Source of the DNA: the human T2T-CHM13v2.0 reference genome, Homo sapiens | Direction: 5' to 3' (one strand) | Length of the DNA stretch: 64,000 bases | Assembly (NCBI RefSeq): GCF_009914755.1 | Contig: NC_060927.1 | Shown: positions 39,984 to 54,714 of the stretch, piece by piece | Layout: each line of letters starts with the position of its first letter | How positions within the stretch are numbered: position 1 is the first letter of the stretch | The notes under the pieces: model-generated | Database searches by the model: none | What the model was told of the DNA's origin: nothing | The model's input: only the letters and a program-made list of their open reading frames with translations | Position numbers and translations under genes: made by a program

Positions 39984-41914
39984 TATATGGTTGCTGAATT
40001 AATTAAAATATGACTTAGCCAAAGTTTATTTTAAAGTTAACCTCTCCTTGCTTGACCTCAAATGTGAGGCAGCCTTATTCAATGGATAGAACATAACTTC
40101 CTTTGATCAAAAGCATTTGATGTAAATTTCTATATGGAATGTGGATAAGGGTGTCTATATGGACTACAAACATCTGCATAGTAGTAGTGGTAGTGGTCAC
40201 TGTCTGCGTTGTCATCATCATCCTCGTTAATGCTATGTACATGCCATATACTGCTTTGAATGTTTCATACATATTAATATAATAGTCATCATTAGCATTA
40301 TTTTTTATCCTTAGAACTTACTTTTTTAAAGTTTAAATTAGGAATTAAAAATATATAAAATAATTAAGACCATCTCATCAATCTGAGGTCACGCCAGGAA
40401 AAGTCTAATTTAAACAAAGATGATTTACTTTTGTATTACATAAAATCAATCAAGATATATCAGATATGACTCTATGCTAGATACTCTCCTAAATGCCAGG
40501 CTACCTGCTTGGGTGAGCTGATGAGTACAGAAGTGAACAAAAGAGACTGACCGTTGATTTCCAAAGCTGTTCCAATATTCTATCAGCATGAAAAATGGGA
40601 GAATTAGGAAGCTGGTGCATACTTCAGGTTTGCCAGCAAAGTCCCGTGATTTCTCCAACCAGCTTTCCAGGGCACATCTCCAGGTTTTTATTTGTGCACA
40701 GATGTGTGTGTTTGTTGATCAAACATTTCAGAGATCTGCCAGCTTTCAAGGGTCCCAGTTCTGTTATCATGCCCCAGGAGCAAGTTTCTCAGCATAGCTG
40801 GCACAGAGGGACCACAGCTACAGCTGTTTTTTAAAAATCTCCTGCTGAAATTCTTGGTTTTTACCTTAGAACTTCTTTTATAGCTTCAATGAAATGGGAT
40901 GGAAACAACAGCTTTATCTCTGAGGAAACTGAACAGTCACTGTTAACCACCAACTGAGGTGTTAACTTATAACCCCTTTTTGTGCCAGATCTTTTTATCT
41001 GATTCCCTGCAGGATATATCTAGGCATCAGGACAAGATTAAACAAAGATGTCAACTTAAATAATGATCCTGTGACTGGCTAGAGTTAAATGATCCAGAGA
41101 AATAGTACATGCTGTTTACTTCCCAGGGAGCCGATGGATTCATAATACGGGATTTTTACAGGGTGTGTACCTTAAATTAGATGATTGTGGTTGAGTGTAA
41201 TGTAGCAAAATAACCCATTTGGTTCATCAGAAAATGATCATATTTGGAATGGTCTTTCTCACCTTTAAATTGGCAGAGCTGGACTAGAGGTTGTGTAAGA
41301 TCTCTTGCAGTGTAGTGCATCTTGCTTTGAAAAATTTGGCCCTGCCCACATTCAAACTATGCTTTGTCTTATGCAATAGACTGAATGGCATTGTCTTTTT
41401 AACTTTGGGCAATTATTTTGCACATATGAATGCAATTGTTGAAATTGATGGGTGTCAGTCAAGTGATGAAGACTTTAATATTGTAAGGGCCTTTAGGCTC
41501 AATCTCTATATCAATTGTGGCATGTGTGGAGTTTTGAATGTAAGATTTTCTTAAAGTTTTGTGTTATCACAAACCACCCAGATTTCAGACGAAGAGACGT
41601 AGTCCATTTTAAGATTATTTTTATGCAAAACAATCTATAGTGCCTCTGATCTACTCCAGAGCTGTGTGTTAAGTGTCTCTCCATTTGTTAATTATGCCTT
41701 TCCATTTGTTTCTTTCAGCATTGACAGCCCGTTTCCCCTCCTGGCTGAACAGTATGGTTTTGAACTTTGTTATTGTAATTCTGCAGCCAAAATTGACAAT
41801 GTGGAGCCATAAAATAGTGTAGATTAAAAATCCCTTAAAGGTAACCTATTATAGCTTTCTCCTTTTTCAAATGATAAAAATGAAGTTCAGAAATATTCAG
41901 TGGTGTGCTGAAGG

Positions 41915-42105
41915 CAATGCTTTCCAAATGTTTTCATGTCATGGCAAAGATAGAAGGTGATGATCATTCTAAGACACACTGGGCTAACATTTTGAGGTTG
42001 TTAGTGGCTGCAGCTGAACAGCCGAAGGGCTCCAAAAATTAAGATTTAAGCACATATTTGAACTCATTTATGGTATATTCCATAATATACCATTTGCAAA
42101 GCTCT
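41915..42105. mobile_element. hAT-type MITE nested in MIR
   Basis: CAATGCTTTCCAAATGTTTTCATGTCATGGCA start and TTTGCAAAGCTCTG end (degenerate TIR); MIR sequence on both sides. Confidence 0.5.
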
Positions 42106-42139
42106 GACCTAAATTCAACTGGTAGCAGAGATACCAGTA

Positions 42140-42545
42140 GCCCAATCTCTATTGGCTTAAGGTAAAACAGTATTTATTACCTTATACAATATAGGTAAGG
42201 TTGAGGCTTGATTCAGTGGATCAAACTTCACCTTGAACTTAATTTCCTAGCTAAAATTGGTTCTTGTCTCTCATGTATGTTGGCTTCATTCTCAGGAAGA
42301 TGACAATCTCCTGGTGGCAAAATGGTTTCAGCACTTCCAGACTGTTCAGGCTTCTGGGTTAAAATCCTACAATAATGAGAGAGTTTTTATAAAACTTTCC
42401 TAGAGTTTCTATAAAAACTCTTCTGACATCTCATTGGTTCTGAATGGGACATGAACCCATTCTAAACCAATCACTATTCTCAGGAGAATGTAGTTCATTC
42501 ATTGCCTTAGATTAAGGTCACGTGCTCTACCTTTGTGTCAGTGTA
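42140..42545 (-). mobile_element. MLT1J/K-like old MaLR LTR
   Basis: GTTGGCTTCATTCTCAGG, GGTGGCAAAATGG, TCTCATTGGTTCTGAATGGGACATG, AAACCAATCACT. Confidence 0.6.
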
Positions 42546-42553
42546 AGCCCAGA

Positions 42554-43155
42554 TACACTCATATATCACTTAATGACAGGAATACATTCATTCTAAGAGA
42601 CACATCATTAGACAATTTCATCATTGTGTGAGCATCATACTATGTGCTTACACACCCCTAGATGACATGCCTACTATAGGCTATATGGTATAGCCCATTC
42701 CATTGCTCCTAGGCTACAAACCTGTATTGCATGTTATTGTGCTGAATACTGTAGGCAATTGTAATACAATGATAAGTATTTTTGTGTTCAAACAAATCTA
42801 AACATGGGAAAGGTACAGTGAAAATATAATATAAAAAATAAAAAACAGTACACTTGTGTGGGGCACTTAACATAAATGGAATTTCAGGATTGGAAGTTGC
42901 TCTGGGTGAGTCAGTGAGTGAGTGGTGAGTGAATGTGAAGGCCTAGGATGTTACTATACACCACTGTAGACTTTATAAATATTGTACACTTAGGCTACAC
43001 TAAATTTATGAAAATTATGTTTTCTTCACTAATAAGTTTAACTTAGCTTGCAGTAACTTTTTTATTTTATAAACTTTTAACTCTTTTAACTTTTTGACTT
43101 TTGTGTGATAACACTTATCTTAAAACACAGACATATTGTACAGCTATGTACAGCT
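42554..43155 (-). mobile_element. Tigger3b/Tigger3 (GOLEM) fragment
   Basis: TTGCTCCTAGGCTACAAACCTGT, GGAAGTTGCTCTGGGTGAGTCAGTGAGTGAGTGGTGAGTGAATGTGAAGGCCTAGG. Confidence 0.85.
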
Positions 43156-43449
43156 CTGTCAACATTTCTCAAATTACTTGGTAAAACTGTTGATACTTCA
43201 CCCAATCGACTGGTGGTGACCACATCTTCAGCACATTATTATTAGAACATGGAGCAACAAAAATCTTTCTAAATTACATGCTGATCACTAAAATGTAATG
43301 TGTGAGACAAGATTCTAAAATATTCAATAGAAAAAAACAGCTGAAAGACTTCAAAGTCTCAGCAGATATTTCAGCAACTGTCCATTTTTTTTGAAGACAG
43401 GGCTTAGAGCTCAAATCCCACCAAGTTAGAAGGATTTGGTAAGCACCTT

Positions 43450-46400
43450 ATTTTAAACTCCAGAAGTAACATCATGCCTTAGAACTAATATGCCCAAAAC
43501 TAAGGGTAAAATGAACTCTGAACCAAACTCCCACAAGATTAAGATGACCTGTTCATTATTTCACCACTGCTAGAACAAAACAATAGTCTTCAAAAAATAT
43601 AAATGATTTGCTGGCTTTGACAATGTACCATTCATAATTTCCAGTAGATAATCAAAAAATATCCATCATAAGAAGTGAGAAACATTCGACTCAAAAACAA
43701 ATGAAGGAACAGTCTATAGAAGCAAACCAAGATAGACTGCATATGTTGGAATGAGCTTTAAATGACTTAAACATAATCATTATAACTATGTTTAAGAACT
43801 TACAGGGAAAGAAAGTATACAATGAATTAAGGGACACAAATTTCAGTAGGGATGTAAAAAACAACTTAAAAATGACTAAATGTAAATCTAGAACTAAAAA
43901 ATGTAATATTTAATGTCATAAATTTATTAGATGGGATTAATGGCGTACTGGATATAACATCTTTTGATCAGTGAGTTAGAGGAAAGGTAAACAGAAATCT
44001 CAACTGAAACCCAAACTGATTGAAAAATTTAAAAAACAAATAACCTGTGAGATAATATCAAGTAGCATGACATACCCGGACTCCCTAAAGGGTAGGAAAG
44101 ATAAAAGGGACAGAAAATATATTAAAATAAATACTGACAAAATGTTTTAAAATGACAGAAAACAAGAACCTCTAGATCAAAGAAGCCAAACGAATCTCAG
44201 GCAGGGTAATAAAAATCAAATCATATCTAGGACATCATGGTCAAACTAGGGGAAATCTATGAAAATGAGACTTATTGAAGGTAGGCAAGAAAAGAGAGAC
44301 AGAAAAATGAAAAGAGATAACGACAATAAGCAATGCTGGACCTCATATGAGAAACAAAGCCATAAGATAAAGATACATCCTTAAAATGGCAAATTATGGA
44401 GAAAAAGGAGAAGGAAACAAAAAGTAAAAGTAAAATCATCGATCTAGAGTTGTATATCCACAGAGAATATCCTTCAAAAATGAAGTTGAAATGAAGACAC
44501 TGTCAAATATGAAAGTTGGAAGAATTAATCTCAACAAGCCTACACTAAAAAATGACAAATGGAATTTGAAAAACATAAGGGAAATGATGCCTAATGATGA
44601 TTTGGATCCATGAAAAGGAATGGAGTTTGGAAATATAAGTATATGGACAAATAGAAATCCTTGTCTATTTTTTTCTATTCTTATACTATTTAAATTATAA
44701 TTGACTGCATAAATAATAGTGATGCATTTTGAGGCTTACATGAAGAAATTGTTCATTTGTAGGATTTTTTTATATGCCATTTGAAATAGCATCAAATTAA
44801 TAAAACATTTAGTAGTAAATTGAGCAAAATATGAACATGATTATTACCCTAAAAATTTCAGAACATTAATTAGAGGAATTTAAAATAATGTAAATAACTG
44901 AAGAGATAGAATGCATTCATAGTTTGAAAAGCATAATATCACTAATTTTCCTTTGACTGCATCTTTAACACAATTTTTTTTCTTTGACATGAGAAGCTGA
45001 ACTTCATCTAAAAACAGAGTATGGTATCTGATTACAATGGAACTTTGGTAGAAGTCACAATTACTAGGTTTTTACAATCCTTTTCTAACTCTTCTCCCCA
45101 GGAAATGTAAAGACAGATGAAACATCAGCTATGTGGCAAATGTGGCTCCAGATTAGCCTATTGCATCTACCTGGGAAGTACTATAAGTGCCCGGTGGGGA
45201 GCCTTAAATTTAGGCTTTCCTTAGTGAATGAATTCTGCACATTGGCACATCTTTTGCAGGAGCCCTGGAAACTTTGTCTGTGAAGTTTTTACAAGAGAGA
45301 TTGGCTCCTGTGTGCATAGGGCTTCTCAAGAGCGTAGACCTCATATTCACAATGGGGACCTTGTCCCTTTTCACCTCAGTTGTCATCACTTGGTAGATCA
45401 AAGATGAAAATTCCTGGATGGCTATCAGATGGATATAAGTACTACTTTGAGCAGAAACACCTGATTTTACCCTGTTGCCAAGTTCTTGCCTGATCTAAAT
45501 CCTTCTAAATAGACTGGCACTGGGTAACGTCCATATGGGCCTTGTGTGTCTGAGCGAGACATGAATAGACCTAAGAAGTCTCTCTAGTAGGCATTGCTAT
45601 GCCAATTCTCTCCAAATTAATCTGTAGATTTAATGAAATCTCCAGTCAAACTTCCATCAGAATTTTCTTTGTAAAGATTATAAGGCTGATTCTGAAATGT
45701 ATATGGAAATGGAAATGAGCTAGAACAGTCACTAGCCAAAACAATATTGAAAAGGACAAACATTGTTGTAGGATTTACAGTACTAGATTTCAAAACTTAA
45801 CATAAATCTATAGTAATCAAAAGAGTATTACATCGGCATAACGATGAGAAAAAGATTAATTCACCACAGTAGAATTCAGAAACAGACCAAACATATCAAC
45901 TGATTTTCTATGAAGGCACCAAGATAATCCAATAGGGTTAGAAAAATCTTTTCAATCTATATTACTTGAACAATGGTGTATCTACATATTTAAAAAAATA
46001 AATCTTAACCCTTGCCTCTCAACATACATGAATATTAATCAGTCATAATTAAATTTAAGAGTTAAACCTATGAAGTTTTAGGAAAAAATACATGAGAATA
46101 TATTCATGACTTTGGGTGAGCAAAAATTTTTCAAGACACAAATAGCACACAGTACAAAACAAAAAATTGGTAGGCTAGACACCATAGCTCATTCCTGTAA
46201 TCCCAGCACCTTGAGAGGCCGAGGCACAAAGATTGCTTGAGCTCAGGAGTTTGAGACCAGCTTGGGCAAAATGTGAGACCCCTATCTCTACAAAATATTT
46301 AAAACAATTAGTTGGGCAAAATATTTAAAACAATTAGGACTACAGGCGGCTCACACCTGTAGTCCTACCTACTTGAGAGGCTGAGACAGGAGGATAACTT

Positions 46401-47500
46401 GAGCCCAGGAGTTTAAGGCTGCAATGAGCTATGATTGTGCCACTCCAGCCTGGGTAATAGAATGAGACACTCTCTCTTTTTTTTTAAAAAAAAAAAAAAA
46501 AAAGAAGAAGAAAGAAAGAAAAATAATAGTAAAAAAAAAACTTTGCCAAAACTAAAAGTTCTGCTTTTCAGAAAGGCAAGCCACAAATTAGGAGGAAAAC
46601 AATATATACCCCCATCTCCATAATGTTTTATATATTAAAATACCTACAAATCAAAAATAAAAACACAATTCAGTAAGGAAAGGTCAAAGACCTTGTGAAC
46701 ACTTCACAACAGAAAATATACGAAAAGTAAATAAGCATTTCAAAAAGTGATAAAGTGCCAAATAAAATGATAATGAGATGCCACATTATACTCACTAGAA
46801 TGGCTACAACTACAACTACAAACAACAGCTACAGAAGCAACAATAACAAGAAACCAGTAATATTATTGTTGTTCACAGATCAGAACTCTTACACTTTACG
46901 GGTGAGAGTGTATATGGTGCAGCCATTTTAGAAATATGTTTGATAGTTTTTTATAAAGTTAATCACCTATCTGGTTGGTAACCCAGAAATTATACTCCTA
47001 GTATTTATTTTAAAATAATGAAAGCATGTCCACTTACAGACTTATACTCAATGCTTATAGCAGCTCTATTTATTATAGCGCAAACTAGAAGAGACTCAAA
47101 TGTTTATTAAGAGGAGGAAGGCTAATAAGATTGTGCTGTGTTCATACAAGGGAATACTACTCAACAGTAGAAAGGAATGAACTACTAATACACACAACTG
47201 TATAGATGAATCTTAAACATATGTCAGATAAAGGAAGCCAAATGCAAAAGAGAACATAGTTTATAATTTCATCTCTATGACCTTCTTGAGCAGCTGAAGC
47301 TAATATGTATGAGGAGTATCGGAATAATACTTGCCTTTGGAGGGGTGGGTTAACTAAGAAAGGGACTTTTTTGGATGACAGAAATGCCTTTTGTCTTCAT
47401 TATGTTGGTGGTTACACATTTGTCAAAGCTTATTGAACATTTTACTTAAAATGCGTGCATTTTATGACATGCAAATTTTTATTTTATTTGAAAAAAAAGA
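43450..47500 (+). mobile_element. Old L1M (L1ME-like 3' end): ORF1/ORF2 remnants and 3' UTR, internally deleted, interrupted by an insert and an AluJ
   Basis: ORF1-like TATATCCACAGAGAATATCCTTCAAAAATGAAG; ORF2-like CCAATTCTCTCCAAATTAATCTGTAGATT; 3' UTR GGAATACTACTCAACAGTAGAAAGGAATGAACTACT. Confidence 0.75.
46173..46540 (+). mobile_element. AluJ with rearranged linker
   Basis: GATTGCTTGAGCTCAGGAGTTTGAGACC, GAGCCCAGGAGTTTAAGGCTGCAATGAGCTATGAT. Confidence 0.9.
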
Positions 47501-48623
47501 TTGTTGAGATTGAAGTTAACTTGTAAGGGTTCATTTCTTTCCAGCATAATAATGTGGTTTTGAGTTCTGGATCCAGATTTTAAAATATTAGTGCCAAATA
47601 ATGGCCCTGTTACTTTCTATGGGGATACAAACTCTCTATGCTTCAGATATGCCGCTTGCAAATCACCTATATAAGAGACTTATTTAGAAGACTAAATGAG
47701 ACAATCAGTGTGTGGTACCTGGGCAATAGTAGGTCACCAGTACAGGTAGCTGCTCCTATGATTGTTCTTATTATCACTTTTATCATCACTCATACTGAGA
47801 TCAGTTAGAGAACAGAATAGTTTGTTAAAGAGTAAAGATATTTAAAATCCAGGAGAAAATAAATATAGATCAGTAGACAGCCATAGATATGAACATGGAT
47901 ATAGATATTTACATTAACTCGAGGACTTTACCCTGAAATTCACATATAATCTTCTAGAAGTCTCTGTGTAGTGACCTTGTTGAATTATATGTTAAATATA
48001 TATGTATATTTATATGTTAATTGTTTGGGATAAAACTTCCATGGTTTTCTTGAGAATCTCAAAGAGGTTTTGTGACCTCCCCCAAAAGATTAATTATACC
48101 TTTTCAGGAATTACCTTTCACAATTTACTTACATTCCAAGTAGCTTACTTTGCTATTGAAAATAAAGCCAAAAGGACCCTAGAGTATATACGTAAATGCT
48201 AGTGTACCATCTGCAAATTTCTTTGCATTTTTTAATTGTGCTTTCTTTGGCCTTTATAATTTCTTTATCATTTCTTGTTGAAGGTAAATAAGAAGGAAGA
48301 GTTGAAGATTTCTCTGTATTACTTTATCAGCCACACACCTAGAGACAACATGGAAATGTGGGTAGGAAATATTTTGAATGCTTATATTAAAAACTATAGT
48401 GGTATATGATTTTTTGAAAATTCATATAGTTTAACGACAGAAACTGTCTCTGATACGGGAAACAAAATTGGATGTAGAAGTAAAAAGAGCATGACTAAAC
48501 AAATGACTGCATCAGCAAAATGAAATGTATTGAAACAGACAAATCATCACATCAGAATGAAGTTACTTCCTGAATTTACCACATGAAAAAAAAACTGTGG
48601 AAATTAACAAGAAATTAGCCATC

Positions 48624-49030
48624 TGTATTTGTTACAATATAGATATAGCTGCATGTGAGAGAGACCAAAAATAGCTTAATAAACTGGCTTATCTGTCTTG
48701 TCTGAGTGGCTTTGCCTGCAAGTCATCAGGGGCCTGCACTAATACTATCTTCTCTGCAATCTCAAGTGCGTTGAGATTGGTACCAGGTGATACCAGGTCT
48801 GCATTCAAACCAGGAAGGACGAAATGGGAAGGGAAGAGAATACACTTTCCTTTCAAGGACATGGTCAGAGGACATGGGCATCCTTATGCTCCATCTCTTG
48901 GCTAGAAGTTAGTCGCACGGTCCCCGCCCCTCATGTGAGGCTAGGAAATGTAGGCTTTATTATTTTGGCCAGGTGCTTATCTAAATATTCTACTGAGAAA
49001 GAGAAGAGTGGATATTGGCAGAACAACATA
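48624..49030 (-). mobile_element. MLT1J-like MaLR LTR
   Basis: TCTGCATTCAAACCAGGAAGG, TTGGCTAGAAGTTAGTCGCACGG, GAGGCTAGGAAATGTAG. Confidence 0.65.
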
Positions 49031-49367
49031 TTTGAAACCAGATATCCCTAAATAATCAGAGCTGCAAAAATCCAAAAATAAAAAATAAAAAACCAAAATG
49101 CCTCAGAAGATTTCTTGTCCTATATGCAATTTCCTTGAAAGGATTACATCATTCCTTATAATTAGTAATAATCATTATTGGGAGCCAGAGGTTATAATTG
49201 TTCTTCTCAATTTTGGTTGGAAGTATGTGAAAGTAGTTTAAAGAGTGAGTATATTTTATAAATTATTTAACTATAGAAATATATTTGTGTTGATAAATAA
49301 GCACTCATTTACAAACTAAACATTTATTGCTATTATATATATATGTGTGTGCATATACACATATATA

Positions 49368-49775
<408 letters not shown>

Positions 49776-51439
49776 TGAGAGTAGATCTTGTTCACTTATG
49801 AGTGCATTGGATAAGGTACTTGATTATTAGCTAGAGAAACCAGTTAGAAAAGCTTAAGGAAAGGAAGGATGGAGAAAAGATCAATGTGACTAGAATGGAG
49901 GTACAGAGTGAAAGGTGGAAGATTCTAACAGTGGAGGGGTTGACTTGGTTAGATTGTGAAGTGTATTCTAAGGCTTGGTAAGGCATTGGACTATTATTCT
50001 GTAGGCAATTGGGAGACATAAGGTGAATGAATATTACGTGATTAAGTATTCACTAATGAGTACCAAAAGGGATGTAGCCATGGTTGATGCAGTTCAACAA
50101 GTGGTCCTTAAAAGTGTGAATAACCAGAAAGAATTTTAATGCTTTCAATGCAGGTAAAAGGGAAGTAGTTCAGTTACTTAAAAAAAAAAAAATGTACTAG
50201 GCTAGGAGTGAAGATGATTAAGTTATTCTCCGAAGTGACTAACCTTAAATTATTTTAGGTTTCATAGTTTCAGTATCACTGTGAAGGTACTGTTACTTTT
50301 TTTTCACAAAAAAAGTATTGGAATATAATGAAAATATGCATAAAAATACAAAATGCCATTCAGACTTCATATGCGTGAATCATTTGAATTAGTTCTATGA
50401 TATCACTATAATAGCATAGGTAGTAGACAATTACATTAAAGTACTATGTTGGGCTATTATGATCCTTGTATTTTTACTGTGATACTTGTGAGACAGATCT
50501 GTCATAGACCACTGACTATATGGTTCAGATGGTGGCAGTGCAAAAACACCCAAAGCACATTAACTACCAGTCAGTTCAGTTCCAAGATATTCAGTCCACT
50601 CTGTGAACTCATTCTGTGTGCCCAACCCTGTGACAGATCCTGCAAATATAGTGACTCCCCCAAAATGTTCTCTGGCAACTGGGATTTAAGGTATTTAAAT
50701 CTCTTGTGTGAATTAAAAATCATAAGTATAACCTGATGTTGAGAGCAAATTATCAAAGATAGTTATTACTATTCCATTTTTGTTGCTGGAAATGAGGCCA
50801 AAAATGGATAAGTAAACTCCAGTAGCCGGAAAACAAAGCCTTTTTTCCAATTATTAGGAGTAATATTTAAAGTGGGGATTGGGACATAGGGAATCCATTC
50901 TCTGTCTCCCTCACCCACCTTTCCCCACTAAACAAAAAATCCTCATGAAATAGAATATATCCAACTTACATTCACATTAAATTATAACTCTTTCCTGGGG
51001 TAGCTTTTGATAGCGAAAGAGGGAGGAGAAGATCCCAATAGAAAGGCAGGCAGAGAGAACAGAATTTGTTACCGAGAGGCAAGTGCTTTAATTCTAAGCT
51101 CATTGTGCTGTAAGGTGGTTGGAAAATGCTCTGATATGGGCAATTAAGAGGCTGCCTTGAGGAGGAAAAGTTTTATTTTCCTGTCTGCCTGTTCCGCTCA
51201 TAGCCCTCAAGTCCTTCCAGATGCAGAGCCCCAAAACTTCTCAGAAGACCATCCAAAATAGAGTGGTCTGCACATGGTCTGGGGATGTTGATGGCCTGTT
51301 GATTCTTTAAAGTGGCAGTTCTCCCCCTTTTCTGATGCTCACGGTCCTTTGAGAATCTGATGGGTGCTACAGAGCAAAGCTTATAAGATGCTTGATTGGA
51401 GGATTTAGTTAGGGATTGTTTGATCAGACAGAATATTTA

Positions 51440-52120
<681 letters not shown>

Positions 52121-52179
52121 TCCTCAGTAGTTTACCATCTCTTCCTTATACCCTCTCCACATAATAAAAATACTAACAA

Positions 52180-52720
<541 letters not shown>

Positions 52721-53052
52721 CTGTTCTGAATGATCTTTTATGCATATATGCATGGATTTTGCGCATCATTTCAGAGTCAATTGATGAGATATCCCCTTTC
52801 CCGGGGCCTTGACAGAAGAGTTAGTGCTGCCGAGTGTAAGGAGCACAGCTTTGAGTATTGAGTATTGTGAGCCCCTGTGGGATGCATTCCACGTGGATGG
52901 CTTCACAGCTTTCTCCCTCCAACCCTGGAGGTCACCCAGGACTAGAAGTGCAAGGAGAGGTAGGGTATCTTCTTTATACATCAGGATTACCATGTCAGGC
53001 CTTCTTGGGCACTCTTGTTTCACAGCTAACTTCAGCAAGGTCATGTCAGAAG

Positions 53053-53228
53053 CAGGGCAAGTTTCATGGGTTTGCAGCCTGTCCATTAAACAGGACCCGT
53101 GCTTTACAAAGGCCCCGTGCTTGGTTTAGGCTCTGCTCTTGCCACCTTGAAAGTATGAATATTTTTTTCAAACAAACTGCCCCCATTTTCACTTTGCACT
53201 GGGTCCCACCAATTTTGTAACCAGTCCT
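53053..53228. mobile_element. MER91A-like hAT-Tip100 MITE
   Basis: CAGGGCAAGTTTCATGGG...GGCCCCGTGCTTGGTTTA...CATTTTCACTTTGCACTGGGTCCC...CCAGTCCT. Confidence 0.75.
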
Positions 53229-53371
53229 AATCAGGAAGCAGCATGTCTTAGCATATTGCTCCAGAAAGGCAGAGAACTTTATCTCTCCTGTTTACTGAAC
53301 ACTCAGAATTGTGGCTCCCACATTGTAAGCATTCAGTAAACATTTGTTAAAGAATGTTCAGCGTACAAGCT

Positions 53372-53593
53372 GTAGGTCAGCAAAGTTTCCTGTACAGGGC
53401 CATGTAGCAAATATTTCCTCTTTGCTAGTGGGTCTCTGTCGTAATTACCCAAATCTGCCATTGCAGCTCAAAAACAGCAATAACTGTAGAGAAAGGAATG
53501 AGTGTCACTTTCTTCCAATAAAACTTTTGGAAGTTTTACTGGTAGTGGTAGTGGTCTGGATTTGGCCAGCAGGCTGTAGTTTGCTGACCTCTG
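53372..53593. mobile_element. MER58A hAT-Charlie MITE
   Basis: TIRs GGTCAGCAAA...TTTGCTGACC; TTCCAATAAAACTTT. Confidence 0.85.
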
Positions 53594-53595
53594 CT

Positions 53596-53790
53596 GCAGA
53601 GTCATACTGCTCAGATTCAACCCTGGCTCCACCATTTTCTTTGACTTCAGGCAAGTTGCTTAACTTCTCTGAGCTTCAGTTTATTTTTCTGGAAAACTGG
53701 GATAATATAAGTGCTTTCCTAATAGGGCAATGGTGATGATTAAATGAGATAATGCTTAAAAGACATCTAGAACAGCTGAACACATTATAA
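53596..53790 (+). mobile_element. MIR
   Basis: GGCAAGTTGCTTAACTTCTCTGAGCTTCAGTTT...GATTAAATGAGATAATGC. Confidence 0.8.
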
Positions 53791-54714
53791 CCCTTTCAAC
53801 TGCTGTTGGTACTACTTCTATAATCACTAAGAACGGCTTGACTTTCAGAGGTCTACAGATAATTAACATATATAAGACAATTTCATCAGCTGTATTGCTA
53901 GACAGGTTTTGAGGGATGAGCAAAGATTTTGTTAAGTATCCCAAGTGACTTTTCCATTTTCCTCTGCAAATATTTCATGGTAAGAAAGTACTGGTTTTGT
54001 TCCTTATACAGGATCTATGTTCACTGAAATTAGTCAACAAGGAATCAAAAGATCCAGTAGATTCTCTTCAAGGAATCTATCATCTTTGACCTCAGTTTCC
54101 CATCTATGAAATAAAGAGGTTGCACTAGAATAATGGTCAAATCCTTTTACAAATTGGAAAGGCTAAATAGTGTACATGTTGTGCTCTTAGACTCTGGAAC
54201 TGCATTAGGTTTTAAATCTCATCTTGACTAATCAACAGCTTTGTGACGCTCAGTGGATCTCACAAGGGTTGTTGTCTTTCTAGCTTTTAAAGTAAATGGC
54301 CTCCCCGCTTCCTTTTCAGTTTTTGGATCCTTCATGCATAAAGTAAGGAATGAGCACATTGCTTTGACAATCCAAACACGACTTTGAATTAAAGCTGATG
54401 TGTTACAAAAGACTGCTCAGAAATATTCCCATTTTAATTATATGCTTTGGCAACAGCATTTATTTGCTTCCAAATTTTCAGATAAGAACAAAATCCAAAA
54501 TGACCTAAAAACAATCATTCTGCTCATTCAAGGTGTGTAAACCATGTTCCTATTTATAGAAGGCATGGAGGAGAGAAGTGAGTTGGGTGAAATTTCTAGC
54601 GGTAATAGCTTGCTTTCTGCTTTTGAAGACAATGTTGATGAGAACTGAATAATTTCCTTATAATTGACACGAATTCTATCTGGATTCCACAAAGCACACT
54701 AACCAGCAATAACA

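Noticed and set aside
52766-53220. Three overlapping 106-120-aa ORFs
   Set aside because: No recognisable homology, partly inside a MER91-like element, no clear exon boundaries
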